This document shows positions 37,917 to 46,902 of a stretch of 64,000 bases of DNA, piece by piece. The notes beneath the pieces were generated by a model, which saw only the letters and a program-made list of their open reading frames with translations, was not told the origin of the DNA and did not search any database. Origin of the DNA: a virus; IMG/VR virus record IMGVR_UViG_3300045988_117662, positions 16,448 to 80,447 of that record. One strand, 5' to 3'. The translations under genes were made by a program, and so were the position numbers. Positions within the stretch are counted from its first letter, which is position 1, and the number at the start of each line of letters is the position of its first letter.

Positions 37917-38246
37917 TTACTTGTGTTTAACATCAGTAATTAAAATGTATTTTTTAACAATATCTTCAAGACTCACAGAAGAACGTATATATGGTTTTTC
38001 TTCGTACTCATATAGAACGTACCCTTCTTTTATGTCTAATATCTTAATCACATGCTTGCCTCTTTCAAATGGATCCTCAAAGTAGTTCTTATGTTCGTAT
38101 CTTTGACCTACTTTGATTTTGTCAGTTTTCTTCTTCATCTTATAACGATCTACTGCTCTACCTGTTTTTATGAAAGCTGTCGTGAGCAAGTATAATAAAA
38201 CTAAATACAAAAGGATCGCTACTCCACATATTAGATCTTCTTTCAT
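37917..38246 (-). CDS. small membrane protein (109 aa)
   Basis: N-terminal TM helix (ICGVAILLYLVLLYLLTTAFI). Confidence 0.5.
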   Translation of the reverse strand: MKEDLICGVAILLYLVLLYLLTTAFIKTGRAVDRYKMKKKTDKIKVGQRYEHKNYFEDPFERGKHVIKILDIKEGYVLYEYEEKPYIRSSVSLEDIVKKYILITDVKHK

Positions 38247-38409
38247 TGGACTCCCTTTAAGTAGTTAAACCATATATCCTCCAGCTTCTCCTGAAGTTCA
38301 AATGCTTTCTTGAAATTCCCACATCTTACAGCAACGTCTCTCATGTATTCTACGTTTATAACTTCCGGATCTTGCCGGTATTTTGTTCTTAACTTTTGAA
38401 CGTCCTCGT
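38243..38409 (-). CDS. hypothetical small protein (about 55 aa, below the ORF-track cutoff)
   Basis: Hand-translated MKYEDVQKLRTKYRQDPEVINVEYMRDVAVRCGNFKKAFELQEKLEDIWFNYLKGVQ. Its stop overlaps the downstream ATG (ATGA). Confidence 0.3.
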
Positions 38410-38412
38410 ATT

Positions 38413-39432
38413 TCATCGTTTTATCTTTTTAGACGGATCCCAATCCGAAGAGAAAGGGCATTCGTTTTTGTTATGTAATCCAAAGTCACAATAATAACAC
38501 AGTGCTGACGGGCAGGGTAGCTTGTTTTGCGAAACAGGCTGGCTTAGGGTGGCACGCCGCTTGCTATACCTGGCTCCTTCTGCTCCCTGGATGTACGCTT
38601 GAAATGATTTTACACTATTATCTTCAAAATCATACATTTTAGACAAAGTGTCATTTAGCATCTCTATAGATTTTGTTTTACGTTCCTCATCTACCTTAAC
38701 CTTTTGGTACTGCCTGGTCCTGGTAAAGAAATAGATGTTCATATCTGGTAGAACCCCACCATATCTTCTATAGATGTAAAATGAATATATAGGATGCTGT
38801 AAATTTGTTTCCAACTTCTTAGAATCAAAAACCTTATTACCTGATTTCCAATCTATGACATAATGGTGAACTACGTTCTTGCTTTTTATAGCCAGATGAA
38901 GGTCTACCGATCCTACTATGTACACATGAGTATGAATTACTCCATTTATGTTAACAGGCTTAGGAAGACGGTACGGCAGCACAAAATCTTCTTCGACTCC
39001 AACTATAGCGCTGTGTCTGATAAGTTTCTCGCAGGGATTAAGATCACTATCAGCTATCATAAACCTATTGCCGTCTTTTTTGAACAGATCCACAATCCAA
39101 GCAAGAAGCTCCCCGGATTGCTTCATGGCTATCATCATATTTTCCGGTGATTGCCAAGGTATGTCTTCTTGGTAAGCATAGTAACTTATAGCTTCCCCCA
39201 GGTCTTTTCCAGAAGGCTGTCTTCCGTTCTTAAAGAAGTATTCCAGTGTCTTATGGATAACCGTACCATAAGACGTAGCTTCTTGTTTTTCCGTAGACCT
39301 TTTGCCCTCTACGTAAGTCTTATACCATTTCATTGGACAAGTAAGAAACGTATCTATCTGGGAATAAGATATGGCAAGACGTTTCACGCCATTAAACTCC
39401 TTATATAGCAAATGCGTTTCCGGGACCATCAT
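38413..39432 (-). CDS. Cas4/RecB-like PD-(D/E)xK exonuclease with Fe-S cysteine cluster
   Basis: An N-terminal Cys sits in TCPMKWY, similar to the Cas4 CPRK motif. VIDWKSG matches the D-x-K-S/T-G nuclease motif. The C-terminus carries CPSALCYYCDFGLHNKNEC (3 Cys). Confidence 0.6.
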   Translation of the reverse strand: MMVPETHLLYKEFNGVKRLAISYSQIDTFLTCPMKWYKTYVEGKRSTEKQEATSYGTVIHKTLEYFFKNGRQPSGKDLGEAISYYAYQEDIPWQSPENMMIAMKQSGELLAWIVDLFKKDGNRFMIADSDLNPCEKLIRHSAIVGVEEDFVLPYRLPKPVNINGVIHTHVYIVGSVDLHLAIKSKNVVHHYVIDWKSGNKVFDSKKLETNLQHPIYSFYIYRRYGGVLPDMNIYFFTRTRQYQKVKVDEERKTKSIEMLNDTLSKMYDFEDNSVKSFQAYIQGAEGARYSKRRATLSQPVSQNKLPCPSALCYYCDFGLHNKNECPFSSDWDPSKKIKR

Positions 39433-39776
39433 AAGTCATTGTCTTTAAATCCTTCCGGGTAATATACGACATACTTCTTACCGTCCTCCGGCGTCATGGC
39501 GAACTGCATGTAGTTATTACGATTACGATGCTTGCCATCCAATCCTCGTTTCCAATACAGGATACCGTCTATATCCACATAAGACCGTCCGCGTTCGGCT
39601 CTAACCACGTCCGTGTGTAGCAGATACCCGTTGGAAGACACGATCCACACTTTATCCCCTTTGTTTAAATAAGATATTCTTTTTCTTACAACAACCTTTT
39701 TCTTATTATCCAATACAAATTCCTCATCCGTCATATTCTTCATCCTCCTCTTCTTCTGTTTCAAAATCAATTCCAT
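39429..39776 (-). CDS. hypothetical protein (115 aa)
   Basis: ORF. Confidence 0.5.
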   Translation of the reverse strand: MELILKQKKRRMKNMTDEEFVLDNKKKVVVRKRISYLNKGDKVWIVSSNGYLLHTDVVRAERGRSYVDIDGILYWKRGLDGKHRNRNNYMQFAMTPEDGKKYVVYYPEGFKDNDL

Positions 39777-39823
39777 ATCCCATATTCTATTAAATATATT
39801 TAAAGTTATTTATCCGTTTTAAT

Positions 39824-39861
39824 ACATCTCCTCGGAGACCTTTCGGTCTCCGAGGAGATGT
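39824..39861. other. perfect 17-bp-stem hairpin/palindrome
   Basis: ACATCTCCTCGGAGACC-TTTC-GGTCTCCGAGGAGATGT sits in the 500 bp non-coding gap between the flotillin gene and the next gene. Confidence 0.6.
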
Positions 39862-40277
39862 AAATCCCGTTAGGGATAAGTCAGGATTTCTCCTGTTAGT
39901 ACCCATCGCCAATGTTATTTAAGGTTTTGAATAAGCAACACTGTTCCTCAAATACCAGAACTGTTTAATCACTTACCTTAGAGCTACAGACTTGGGCAAA
40001 CATCCGTAGGTAACTATCTATTCTTAAATAACGTAGCCTTTGTTTCAAGGCTTAGGCTAATAACCCGATCTCTTAAAGAGATGTATTAAACTTTTATAAT
40101 AGAATTATATTGGTTTAATACTATTTGGGGTTATAACACTGATCATAATGATTGGTCAGTTCTTCTGGTTCTAAATCTTGTCCAAAATCCATGTTAAAAA
40201 TATCGTAATTAGTAAAGCACTTAAAATCACTATCCCCGCCGGCAGGAAATCTATGAATGCTGCTTTTATTTCTTTAA

Positions 40278-42011
40278 TTAGGCCCAAGTGTAACTTTGGG
40301 CCATTGTATTTATTTTTTTGTCATCTCCTTTTAACTTCTTTAAAGTATCTGCAATAGGAAGCTGATCAATGACTCCCAATGCCGGAGCGACGGTCTTGAC
40401 AACATTGTTAAGGAAATTACCAGTACTGTTCTGACCGCCGTCAAATACTGTGATATTTCCGAGGTTAATGTGCTCAAATGCCTTAACCTGTTCTCCAGCA
40501 ATTTCTTTCCACTGATTAACCATCTTGTACTGGATGGCGATCTGAGGATTGGATTCTGCTGCTTCCACCATAGCCTTAAATCCGTCGGCTTCTGCCATTA
40601 ACGACTTTTTCTTACCTTCGGCTTCTGCCTCCAGCTTCATCTGAATAGCTTTTGCCTCTGCCTCAGCTTTTGCCAAATGTGCTGCTGCCTCAGCCTCAGC
40701 CCGGCGTTTGATCTTCTCGGCCTCGGCATCAGCTTGTAAGATAGCCTCTTCCTTCTGGGTTTCAGCCGGCACAATCTTTTCAGCTTTAAGCGCAGCTTGA
40801 ACCTTCTTAGCTTTAGCTTCTTCCACTTCTTTATCAGCAAGCTCTTTTGCCGTTTTCACAGCCGCTTCCGATTTAACTCTCTCTTCTCCGGCTTTCTTTT
40901 CTGATTGAGCTTTGATAACCTGTAGCTCTGATTCTGATACAGCAACCTCTTTCTGGGCATTGTTATAACCCACAGATGCGTTTTTCTCAGCTTCAGCTTT
41001 CTTGATCTGAGCTTCGGAATCTTGGATTGCTATAGCTGCCTGTTTATCAGCTTCAGCTTTATTCTTCCCGACTTCTTCCATTCTTTCGGCTTCAGCTTTG
41101 TTTACTTCAAGTTCTGCCTTAGATTTTGCGATCGCTGATTCCTTATCAGCCAAAGTCTTTGCAATAACCGCAGCCCTATCTCTATCGGCTTGAGCTACAC
41201 CGATCTGTTTTTCTTTATCGGTTAAAGCCAAAGCTACTTCTTTTTCTTTCTTTGTTTCAGCTACTACCGTTTCCTTTTCTTTTTCAGTATAGGCAATTTG
41301 AATCTCTTGCTCTTTTTGGGTATTAGCTACAGCCGTTTCTTTTTCCTTTTGCTGTACAGCAATCTTAATAGCACCCAGCTTTTCCTGTTCTTCGATATTA
41401 GCCTGTGCTTCGTTCAGGGCCTTACTTTCAGCTTCTTTGCCAAGATTCATGATATAGCCGGCTTCGTCTCTGATGTCACTGATGTTGATATTTAGGAGGT
41501 AAAGACCTAACTTATTAAGTTCGTTATCAATGTTTTTTCTTGCCTTATCCAAAAACTCATCCCTGTCAGAATTAAGTTTTTCAATCGTCATTTCAGCAAT
41601 GATCAAACGCATTTGGCCATAAACAATATCCGTAATAAGATTTTCAGTAGATTCAGTATCCATCCCCAAAAGCCTTTCTGCTGCATTCTGCATAATTTCA
41701 GGATTTGTGCTGATTGCTACTGTAATAGTAGTAGGTACATCCACTCTGATATTTTGAGACGACAAAGCACCGGTGAGCCTACAATCTATTTGCATAGGCT
41801 CCATAGACAAAATATCATAGCTTTGAATAATAGGCAAGACGAATGCCGCTCCACCATGATATAATTTCGCCGATTTCTTTTCCCCACCTGTCTTACCATA
41901 AACGACCAAGACTTGATTAGGCTTACATCTACGATACCTTGATAAGACTCCGATGATTGTCAAAATAATCACTACAGCTAAAATAGCTGACACGTACATG
42001 ATTGTTGTCAT
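40278..42011 (-). CDS. flotillin-like SPFH/band-7 protein (YqiK-like)
   Basis: N-terminal TM helix, an SPFH-like domain, then long E/A/K-rich flotillin-type coiled-coil repeats. Confidence 0.75.
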   Translation of the reverse strand: MTTIMYVSAILAVVIILTIIGVLSRYRRCKPNQVLVVYGKTGGEKKSAKLYHGGAAFVLPIIQSYDILSMEPMQIDCRLTGALSSQNIRVDVPTTITVAISTNPEIMQNAAERLLGMDTESTENLITDIVYGQMRLIIAEMTIEKLNSDRDEFLDKARKNIDNELNKLGLYLLNINISDIRDEAGYIMNLGKEAESKALNEAQANIEEQEKLGAIKIAVQQKEKETAVANTQKEQEIQIAYTEKEKETVVAETKKEKEVALALTDKEKQIGVAQADRDRAAVIAKTLADKESAIAKSKAELEVNKAEAERMEEVGKNKAEADKQAAIAIQDSEAQIKKAEAEKNASVGYNNAQKEVAVSESELQVIKAQSEKKAGEERVKSEAAVKTAKELADKEVEEAKAKKVQAALKAEKIVPAETQKEEAILQADAEAEKIKRRAEAEAAAHLAKAEAEAKAIQMKLEAEAEGKKKSLMAEADGFKAMVEAAESNPQIAIQYKMVNQWKEIAGEQVKAFEHINLGNITVFDGGQNSTGNFLNNVVKTVAPALGVIDQLPIADTLKKLKGDDKKINTMAQSYTWA

Positions 42012-42043
42012 AACTTTTAAAATTTAATTGTTGATAAAAAAAA

Positions 42044-42538
42044 TTAGATACTTAATTCTCCTTCTTCGTATTTTATATTCACCTTGTCACCGTTTTTGTA
42101 ATTTTTTCCAGACAAGCACCTCACTCTCATCTGTTCCTGTCTTCCATTTTTCGAAATATTTACCATATAATGATTCTTCCCTGATCTAAATACTATCTCC
42201 ACTTCTCTGCCATTTAAATCTTCCGGACATTCGTACACCATTTCTTGCTTTAACTTAAGAAGTAACTTATATACGTAAAACAAAACGATAAAGAAAAACG
42301 ACCCTATTACGACCCCTATTAAATGGGAACCCGAAAAGTATGTGGTCCAGCTATATCCAAGAATAAAATGTGTTATGCCTTTGAATGATATGATGTCCGA
42401 CAAAGACATGCTTAAATCAGAAGCGTTATCAATGTCAATATCCGTATCCAGATCAGATCCTAATATCGACAATAAAAACTGTATAACAAAAGCAAATGAC
42501 GCTATTAAAGCCATGCATAAAATTATATCATTTCCCAT
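42044..42538 (-). CDS. NfeD-like membrane protein (YqiJ-like partner of SPFH proteins)
   Basis: Two or three TM helices and a C-terminal beta-barrel-like soluble domain. It lies immediately downstream of the flotillin gene, which is the classic pairing. Confidence 0.5.
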   Translation of the reverse strand: MGNDIILCMALIASFAFVIQFLLSILGSDLDTDIDIDNASDLSMSLSDIISFKGITHFILGYSWTTYFSGSHLIGVVIGSFFFIVLFYVYKLLLKLKQEMVYECPEDLNGREVEIVFRSGKNHYMVNISKNGRQEQMRVRCLSGKNYKNGDKVNIKYEEGELSI

Positions 42539-42779
42539 ATCCTTCTGTTATTATTTTGTAAACAAGATCAGTCATATCTTTGATGGATTCTGTATCATAA
42601 TCAATAATAACGATATTGAATTTTTGTTCCACCATCGCATCAAGCTCAATTCGATCAATAGAATCTAATCCAAGTTCTTTAAACGACACATCTTCTTCAT
42701 GAACTATATCCATTTCCGAATTAAGAAACTGAGTAATAATTATATCCTCTATTATCTTTCTAATTCTTACTTTTTCCAT
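42528..42779 (-). CDS. acyl carrier protein-like (phosphopantetheine-binding)
   Basis: LGLDSIDRIELDAMVE matches the ACP L-G-x-D-S-L-D-x-V-E-L motif around the phosphopantetheinylated Ser. The protein is 83 aa and acidic. Confidence 0.65.
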   Translation of the reverse strand: MEKVRIRKIIEDIIITQFLNSEMDIVHEEDVSFKELGLDSIDRIELDAMVEQKFNIVIIDYDTESIKDMTDLVYKIITEGYGK

Positions 42780-43480
42780 TGCTTTCTAATTTTGTTAAAT
42801 AAATATGTTTTTATGTTTTTCAATCGTTCTTTGTCTGTTTCCGCACTTCCGGTAAACAAATAATCCGGATTGCCTTTAGCCGGCGGCGTAGGCAATTTAG
42901 ATACGGCAAACAACCAATCCATTTCCTTATTCTTCTTAGGCTCCAAATAAGGCTCGGTAGCGATCTTAAATTTTTCAGCTATTAAGTCAAAGAGCTTTGA
43001 GTTTTTAAGGTTCATATAGACTGAAAAAGCCTGAGAAGGCGGTTTCCATATGAAGTTACATAAGCTCATTGTGTAATCTCCTGACTCTGCTATATAAGAT
43101 TCCGTTACTTGAAGTATGACCTCTTTCTTAAATGAAGTATTACCCATAAACCAACACAATCTGGATTCCGCTTCTTTTCTGCTGACACCTATGTCTTTTG
43201 AATATGATTCGTACATTCCTATCATAATCTTCAACGTTTCCAGAACCTCGTCTGTCATTTCCGGTGTCTCTATATAATTCACAAAAGACGTTCCTTTGTT
43301 GGTCAATCTCATCACGCCTGATTTTAATTTCTCAACCAGGCCAAGCTCTATATATCTACCAGCATCTTCTTCCTGCATGGCTTCGATCATAACCGAATCC
43401 TTCTGTCTTATGGCAAGAAGATTAGCGAGATCATTAGGAGTCATGTCTGATGCTGTAAGTTGTCTGAAATTGATGTACAT
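42767..43480 (-). CDS. hypothetical protein (237 aa)
   Basis: ORF in an operon with the ACP, NfeD and flotillin genes. Confidence 0.55.
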   Translation of the reverse strand: MYINFRQLTASDMTPNDLANLLAIRQKDSVMIEAMQEEDAGRYIELGLVEKLKSGVMRLTNKGTSFVNYIETPEMTDEVLETLKIMIGMYESYSKDIGVSRKEAESRLCWFMGNTSFKKEVILQVTESYIAESGDYTMSLCNFIWKPPSQAFSVYMNLKNSKLFDLIAEKFKIATEPYLEPKKNKEMDWLFAVSKLPTPPAKGNPDYLFTGSAETDKERLKNIKTYLFNKIRKQWKK

Positions 43481-43482
43481 TC

Positions 43483-43689
43483 CTAATCAGCTTTAATGAA
43501 AATAACATCTCTATTATCCTCCCTCTCCGCGTGACTACACGGACCTGCAATCACATGCACTGCCCCGCATGTAAAGTAATTGAATATACATCCTTCACAT
43601 CCTGCATTTGGCGCCGTAGGTTCCACACATTTTAATCTCACAAGTCCGGCATCAAACACTTCTCCTACTTTAAATTCCTTCTTTTCCAT
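43483..43689 (-). CDS. small Cys-rich protein (68 aa)
   Basis: Five Cys in CVEPTAPNAGCEGCIFNYFTCGAVHVIAGPC. Confidence 0.45.
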   Translation of the reverse strand: MEKKEFKVGEVFDAGLVRLKCVEPTAPNAGCEGCIFNYFTCGAVHVIAGPCSHAEREDNRDVIFIKAD

Positions 43690-43704
43690 ATTTCCTCCTT
43701 GTTT

Positions 43705-44307
43705 TTAACTGTTGTACCCTTCTTTGATAATCGAATTTCTACCGGTAGACACCGACTGACGGAGATCATCATGTACAGAATCTACCGTAGAATACTTGTT
43801 TCTGGTTGTAAAAATAACTTCCAGCATCTCCTTGTAATCACCTAAAGCCACTTCGTATCTTGGATCCACTTTGGCTTTTCTTTCAGCCTCGGCATTACTT
43901 TTAGCCAGCTCTCGGTCGAGAAGGTCTTCTTTGATCCGGTCAGCAATCATATCAAGTTCTTTTTTAATAACTTCTCCTGCTGCCCGAAGTTGACCTTCTA
44001 CGTCACCAAGCTGGTCTTGGACGGTACCTATTTCTTTCTTTAGACGATCGTATTCGTTAATCATACCCATATCACCTGCATAGCCGGAAAAGTCCTTGAT
44101 TATTCTGGTTCCTTCTTTAAGGAGCTCAATGACTCGTCTTTTGCGTTCTCTGCTTATTAAAGACGGAAGACGATAATTCATATCCGCTACTGCTTTATCA
44201 TGTATGGAGTTGATTAAAAACATCTCTCTTTCATCCCCTGCGAACTCAGTAAGAACCAAAAGGAACTTACTTATCAGGTATTCGTTTTCTTCTACGGTAA
44301 GTCTCAT
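43705..44307 (-). CDS. hypothetical protein (200 aa), coiled-coil
   Basis: ORF. Confidence 0.55.
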   Translation of the reverse strand: MRLTVEENEYLISKFLLVLTEFAGDEREMFLINSIHDKAVADMNYRLPSLISRERKRRVIELLKEGTRIIKDFSGYAGDMGMINEYDRLKKEIGTVQDQLGDVEGQLRAAGEVIKKELDMIADRIKEDLLDRELAKSNAEAERKAKVDPRYEVALGDYKEMLEVIFTTRNKYSTVDSVHDDLRQSVSTGRNSIIKEGYNS

Positions 44308-44320
44308 ACGTTTCTTTTTT

Positions 44321-45454
44321 TTAATATACTGACTGTTCTTCCTTTACCTCTTGTTCTTGATCTTGATTGTTCGTAACGTCTTCCACAGTATAGAGCTTGG
44401 GCGGCGTCGGCGGCTGGTTGGGGTTCACGAACTTCGTCCCTCCCTCCCCGTACATCCATCCATGCCCCGGCAGGATCTCTGGGTGGATTGTATTAGTAAG
44501 CTCTTCCATACTAACTTGCCTTACCTTCAGTATATGATGAAACACCAGTCCGGCTGTCCTGAATGATGTTTTGTTTTCAGTTTTAAACCGGTCAAGAGTC
44601 TGATACCAGTCTTTCCCAAATATCATATACTTGTCCAGCCCGTATCTGCGAGGATTATGCAAACCTATCATTAACGTACATAGTTGCCCCAGCGTATCAG
44701 ACTGATAAAAGTCAGAAAGACGGGGAGGCTGCTCTTGAGGGCTTTTTATCCTTCCTTCTATCTCTCTGTTGAATTGGGATATGATGAGGAAAAATATGTT
44801 TTTATATACTAATTTAGCCTCGTTCATAACCGCCACCAAATCATCTATAGCCGACTTAGGATCCAATCCCATTCTTTTTATCAAAGCAATATGATCGACT
44901 TTAAATATTATAAGACGTTTGTCTTTATGCTTAGTAGCTATATGATATACAGCCGCCTCAAACTCTTTTACCGTACACGGAGCGTCGATGTATATTATAT
45001 TATTTCTGATTTCACCTTGAAGGATTTCAAACATCCTCATCTCTTCTACTGTATTAGAATCTTGCCTTCTTAATATTTCAGGAGCCCGTTTTTTCATATC
45101 CTGACTCATTCTGCGAAGAAGAAGATCTTGAGGATTCATTTCGAACTCGCAATTGACAAGAAAATAATCTTCTGCTTGTGGGTTGATCATCGGATTCATC
45201 ACATTTTCCAATATCTTTTGGGCCACATACGATTTACCCACAGATGGCCGAGCTCCTATGGCAATAGCATGCTGAGGGAAAATACCTCCAAGCAAAGCCT
45301 CATCAATATAATCGTATCCGGTTTTAGCGGGGATAAGCTCTCCCCGCCTGTATTTTAAGATATTCTCATACGCCTCTTCCATAACCTGTTTGGAGGTTTT
45401 GAATATCCTTCTTATATCTATCCTATTTGCTATCTCCTCGTGCATTTTTGTCAC
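44321..45454 (-). CDS. DnaB-like replicative helicase (C-terminal RecA-like domain)
   Basis: H1/Walker A GYDYIDEALLGG...IGARPSVGKS, H2 IIFKVDHIALI and H4 IISQFNRE. Confidence 0.75.
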   Translation of the reverse strand: MTKMHEEIANRIDIRRIFKTSKQVMEEAYENILKYRRGELIPAKTGYDYIDEALLGGIFPQHAIAIGARPSVGKSYVAQKILENVMNPMINPQAEDYFLVNCEFEMNPQDLLLRRMSQDMKKRAPEILRRQDSNTVEEMRMFEILQGEIRNNIIYIDAPCTVKEFEAAVYHIATKHKDKRLIIFKVDHIALIKRMGLDPKSAIDDLVAVMNEAKLVYKNIFFLIISQFNREIEGRIKSPQEQPPRLSDFYQSDTLGQLCTLMIGLHNPRRYGLDKYMIFGKDWYQTLDRFKTENKTSFRTAGLVFHHILKVRQVSMEELTNTIHPEILPGHGWMYGEGGTKFVNPNQPPTPPKLYTVEDVTNNQDQEQEVKEEQSVY

Positions 45455-45701
45455 CTTTTGTATCCGATTTGGATCCCCTATTAGCTTTTACTGATTTATA
45501 CCTAAGACCGTTTTTGGTATGAGAACAATCTTTGCCTTTCCTCCAGCTTTTGCCTTTCTTCTTGTCCGTTTCGTAGTTTTTACGACCAAGCTCCCGGCGT
45601 TTGGCTTTCTGTTCCGGTCTGGCATTTATCTCCTTGTCCTTTTTAGCCTTTTTCTTCCTGGCTTCGGGATGAGTCCTGTAGTACTCTGTCGATCTACCCA
45701 T
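45423..45701 (-). CDS. highly basic Lys/Arg-rich small protein (92 aa)
   Basis: ORF that is over 35% K+R and possibly binds nucleic acid. It overlaps the start of dnaB. Confidence 0.4.
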   Translation of the reverse strand: MGRSTEYYRTHPEARKKKAKKDKEINARPEQKAKRRELGRKNYETDKKKGKSWRKGKDCSHTKNGLRYKSVKANRGSKSDTKGDKNARGDSK

Positions 45702-45753
45702 GTGCTTATATTTTTTTTGATGAATAATAGCACAAAGATAGGTAATTCGCGTC

Positions 45754-46320
45754 CTATTTCAACCTGCCGTAGCTCATATCGGGATCACACCAGACATACC
45801 CGTCTTTCTCATCATGGAGATACTCAGGGCATCCTCTGCATGCGCTACTGCCTGACACTATTTGATTGTTCTTATTAGGGCACTTATCTCCAGGTTTATG
45901 CCATTCTATTCTCGAACCTGATCGTTCTTTGTTTACATGACAGAACTGAAAGACTTTTCCCATCGTCTTCTCGCCAAACATACCTATATGTGTGTACTCT
46001 TCCGGTATAGCGAGAAATTCAGATAAATCTTTATACATCCTTTCCCGTTCCTCTGGCGTAGACCATAGTCTATCAAGTTCGGCATGGACTCTTATCTTAA
46101 GAGACCTCAGTGATGGCCCCGCAAGCCGGCCTTTAGCTTTTCCCTTATTCGGCCCTGATTCATGAACACCGACATAAGCGTTGCATGGTTTACACATCAT
46201 AACCATCCCTAAGCCTTTTCTGCTATATATTTTATCGGCATTGACCAACTCGGTTTCTCTTCCGCAATAAGGGCAAATTTCGCCTCTTAAAATCCGTTGT
46301 TGCCGCACATTGAGTTCCAT
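45754..46320 (-). CDS. zinc-ribbon protein (188 aa)
   Basis: CPYCG...CKPCN four-Cys motif plus a C-terminal CRGCPEY...C motif. Confidence 0.5.
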   Translation of the reverse strand: MELNVRQQRILRGEICPYCGRETELVNADKIYSRKGLGMVMMCKPCNAYVGVHESGPNKGKAKGRLAGPSLRSLKIRVHAELDRLWSTPEERERMYKDLSEFLAIPEEYTHIGMFGEKTMGKVFQFCHVNKERSGSRIEWHKPGDKCPNKNNQIVSGSSACRGCPEYLHDEKDGYVWCDPDMSYGRLK

Positions 46321-46565
46321 ACTCTATCCTTTTGTTTCTCTTTAAACTTTTCATACAAACTGCTTTCAGTTTCCATTTCCGAGATCTCCACCTCTACGTC
46401 CTCTCTTTTGAAAATTACTTTCTTGGCTGTAGGATACGCACATTTAGAGATACGAATAGCATTACGAATAGCGTAAACAAAATACGTTTCTGGTGATGAT
46501 TCGATCACCACTACCTCGTTTAAAGTGTTTTTATAATTTTCCATGTTGTTATCTACTTGCTTCAA
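46287..46565 (-). CDS. hypothetical protein (92 aa)
   Basis: ORF. Confidence 0.45.
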   Translation of the reverse strand: MKQVDNNMENYKNTLNEVVVIESSPETYFVYAIRNAIRISKCAYPTAKKVIFKREDVEVEISEMETESSLYEKFKEKQKDRVWNSMCGNNGF

Positions 46566-46902
46566 TTACACACCCTGGATTATCTTCACATGCCTCTTTG
46601 TATTCGATAAGAAACTTAAGAAATGAATCATAAGACCCCCATCCGTTTTCTGGTTCGTATCTCAAAAGACTCTTTCTCTTGGAGATCATAATATATATAC
46701 CTTTTGTGAGTATCTTCACCATCTCCTTAGTATCTATTTCCCTGCCCAATTCTTCCGGTCTCCAAACATAATCGTATAGTGTTTCTTTGTTTTCTGATAC
46801 GAATATTTTTTGTGCCATCTTGTTCATGTTGTGGGTGATGTTTGCAACCCATTTACGATCCTCTTCTTTCTTCTTGCTCTTAATATAAACGTCCAGGCTC
46901 AT
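46549..46902 (-). CDS. hypothetical protein (117 aa)
   Basis: ORF. Confidence 0.5.
   Translation of the reverse strand: MSLDVYIKSKKKEEDRKWVANITHNMNKMAQKIFVSENKETLYDYVWRPEELGREIDTKEMVKILTKGIYIMISKRKSLLRYEPENGWGSYDSFLKFLIEYKEACEDNPGCVIEASR

Noticed and set aside
45423-45701. Interpreting the Lys/Arg-rich 92-aa ORF as a histone-like protein
   Set aside because: There is only compositional resemblance and no fold-specific motif. It is kept as a hypothetical basic protein.
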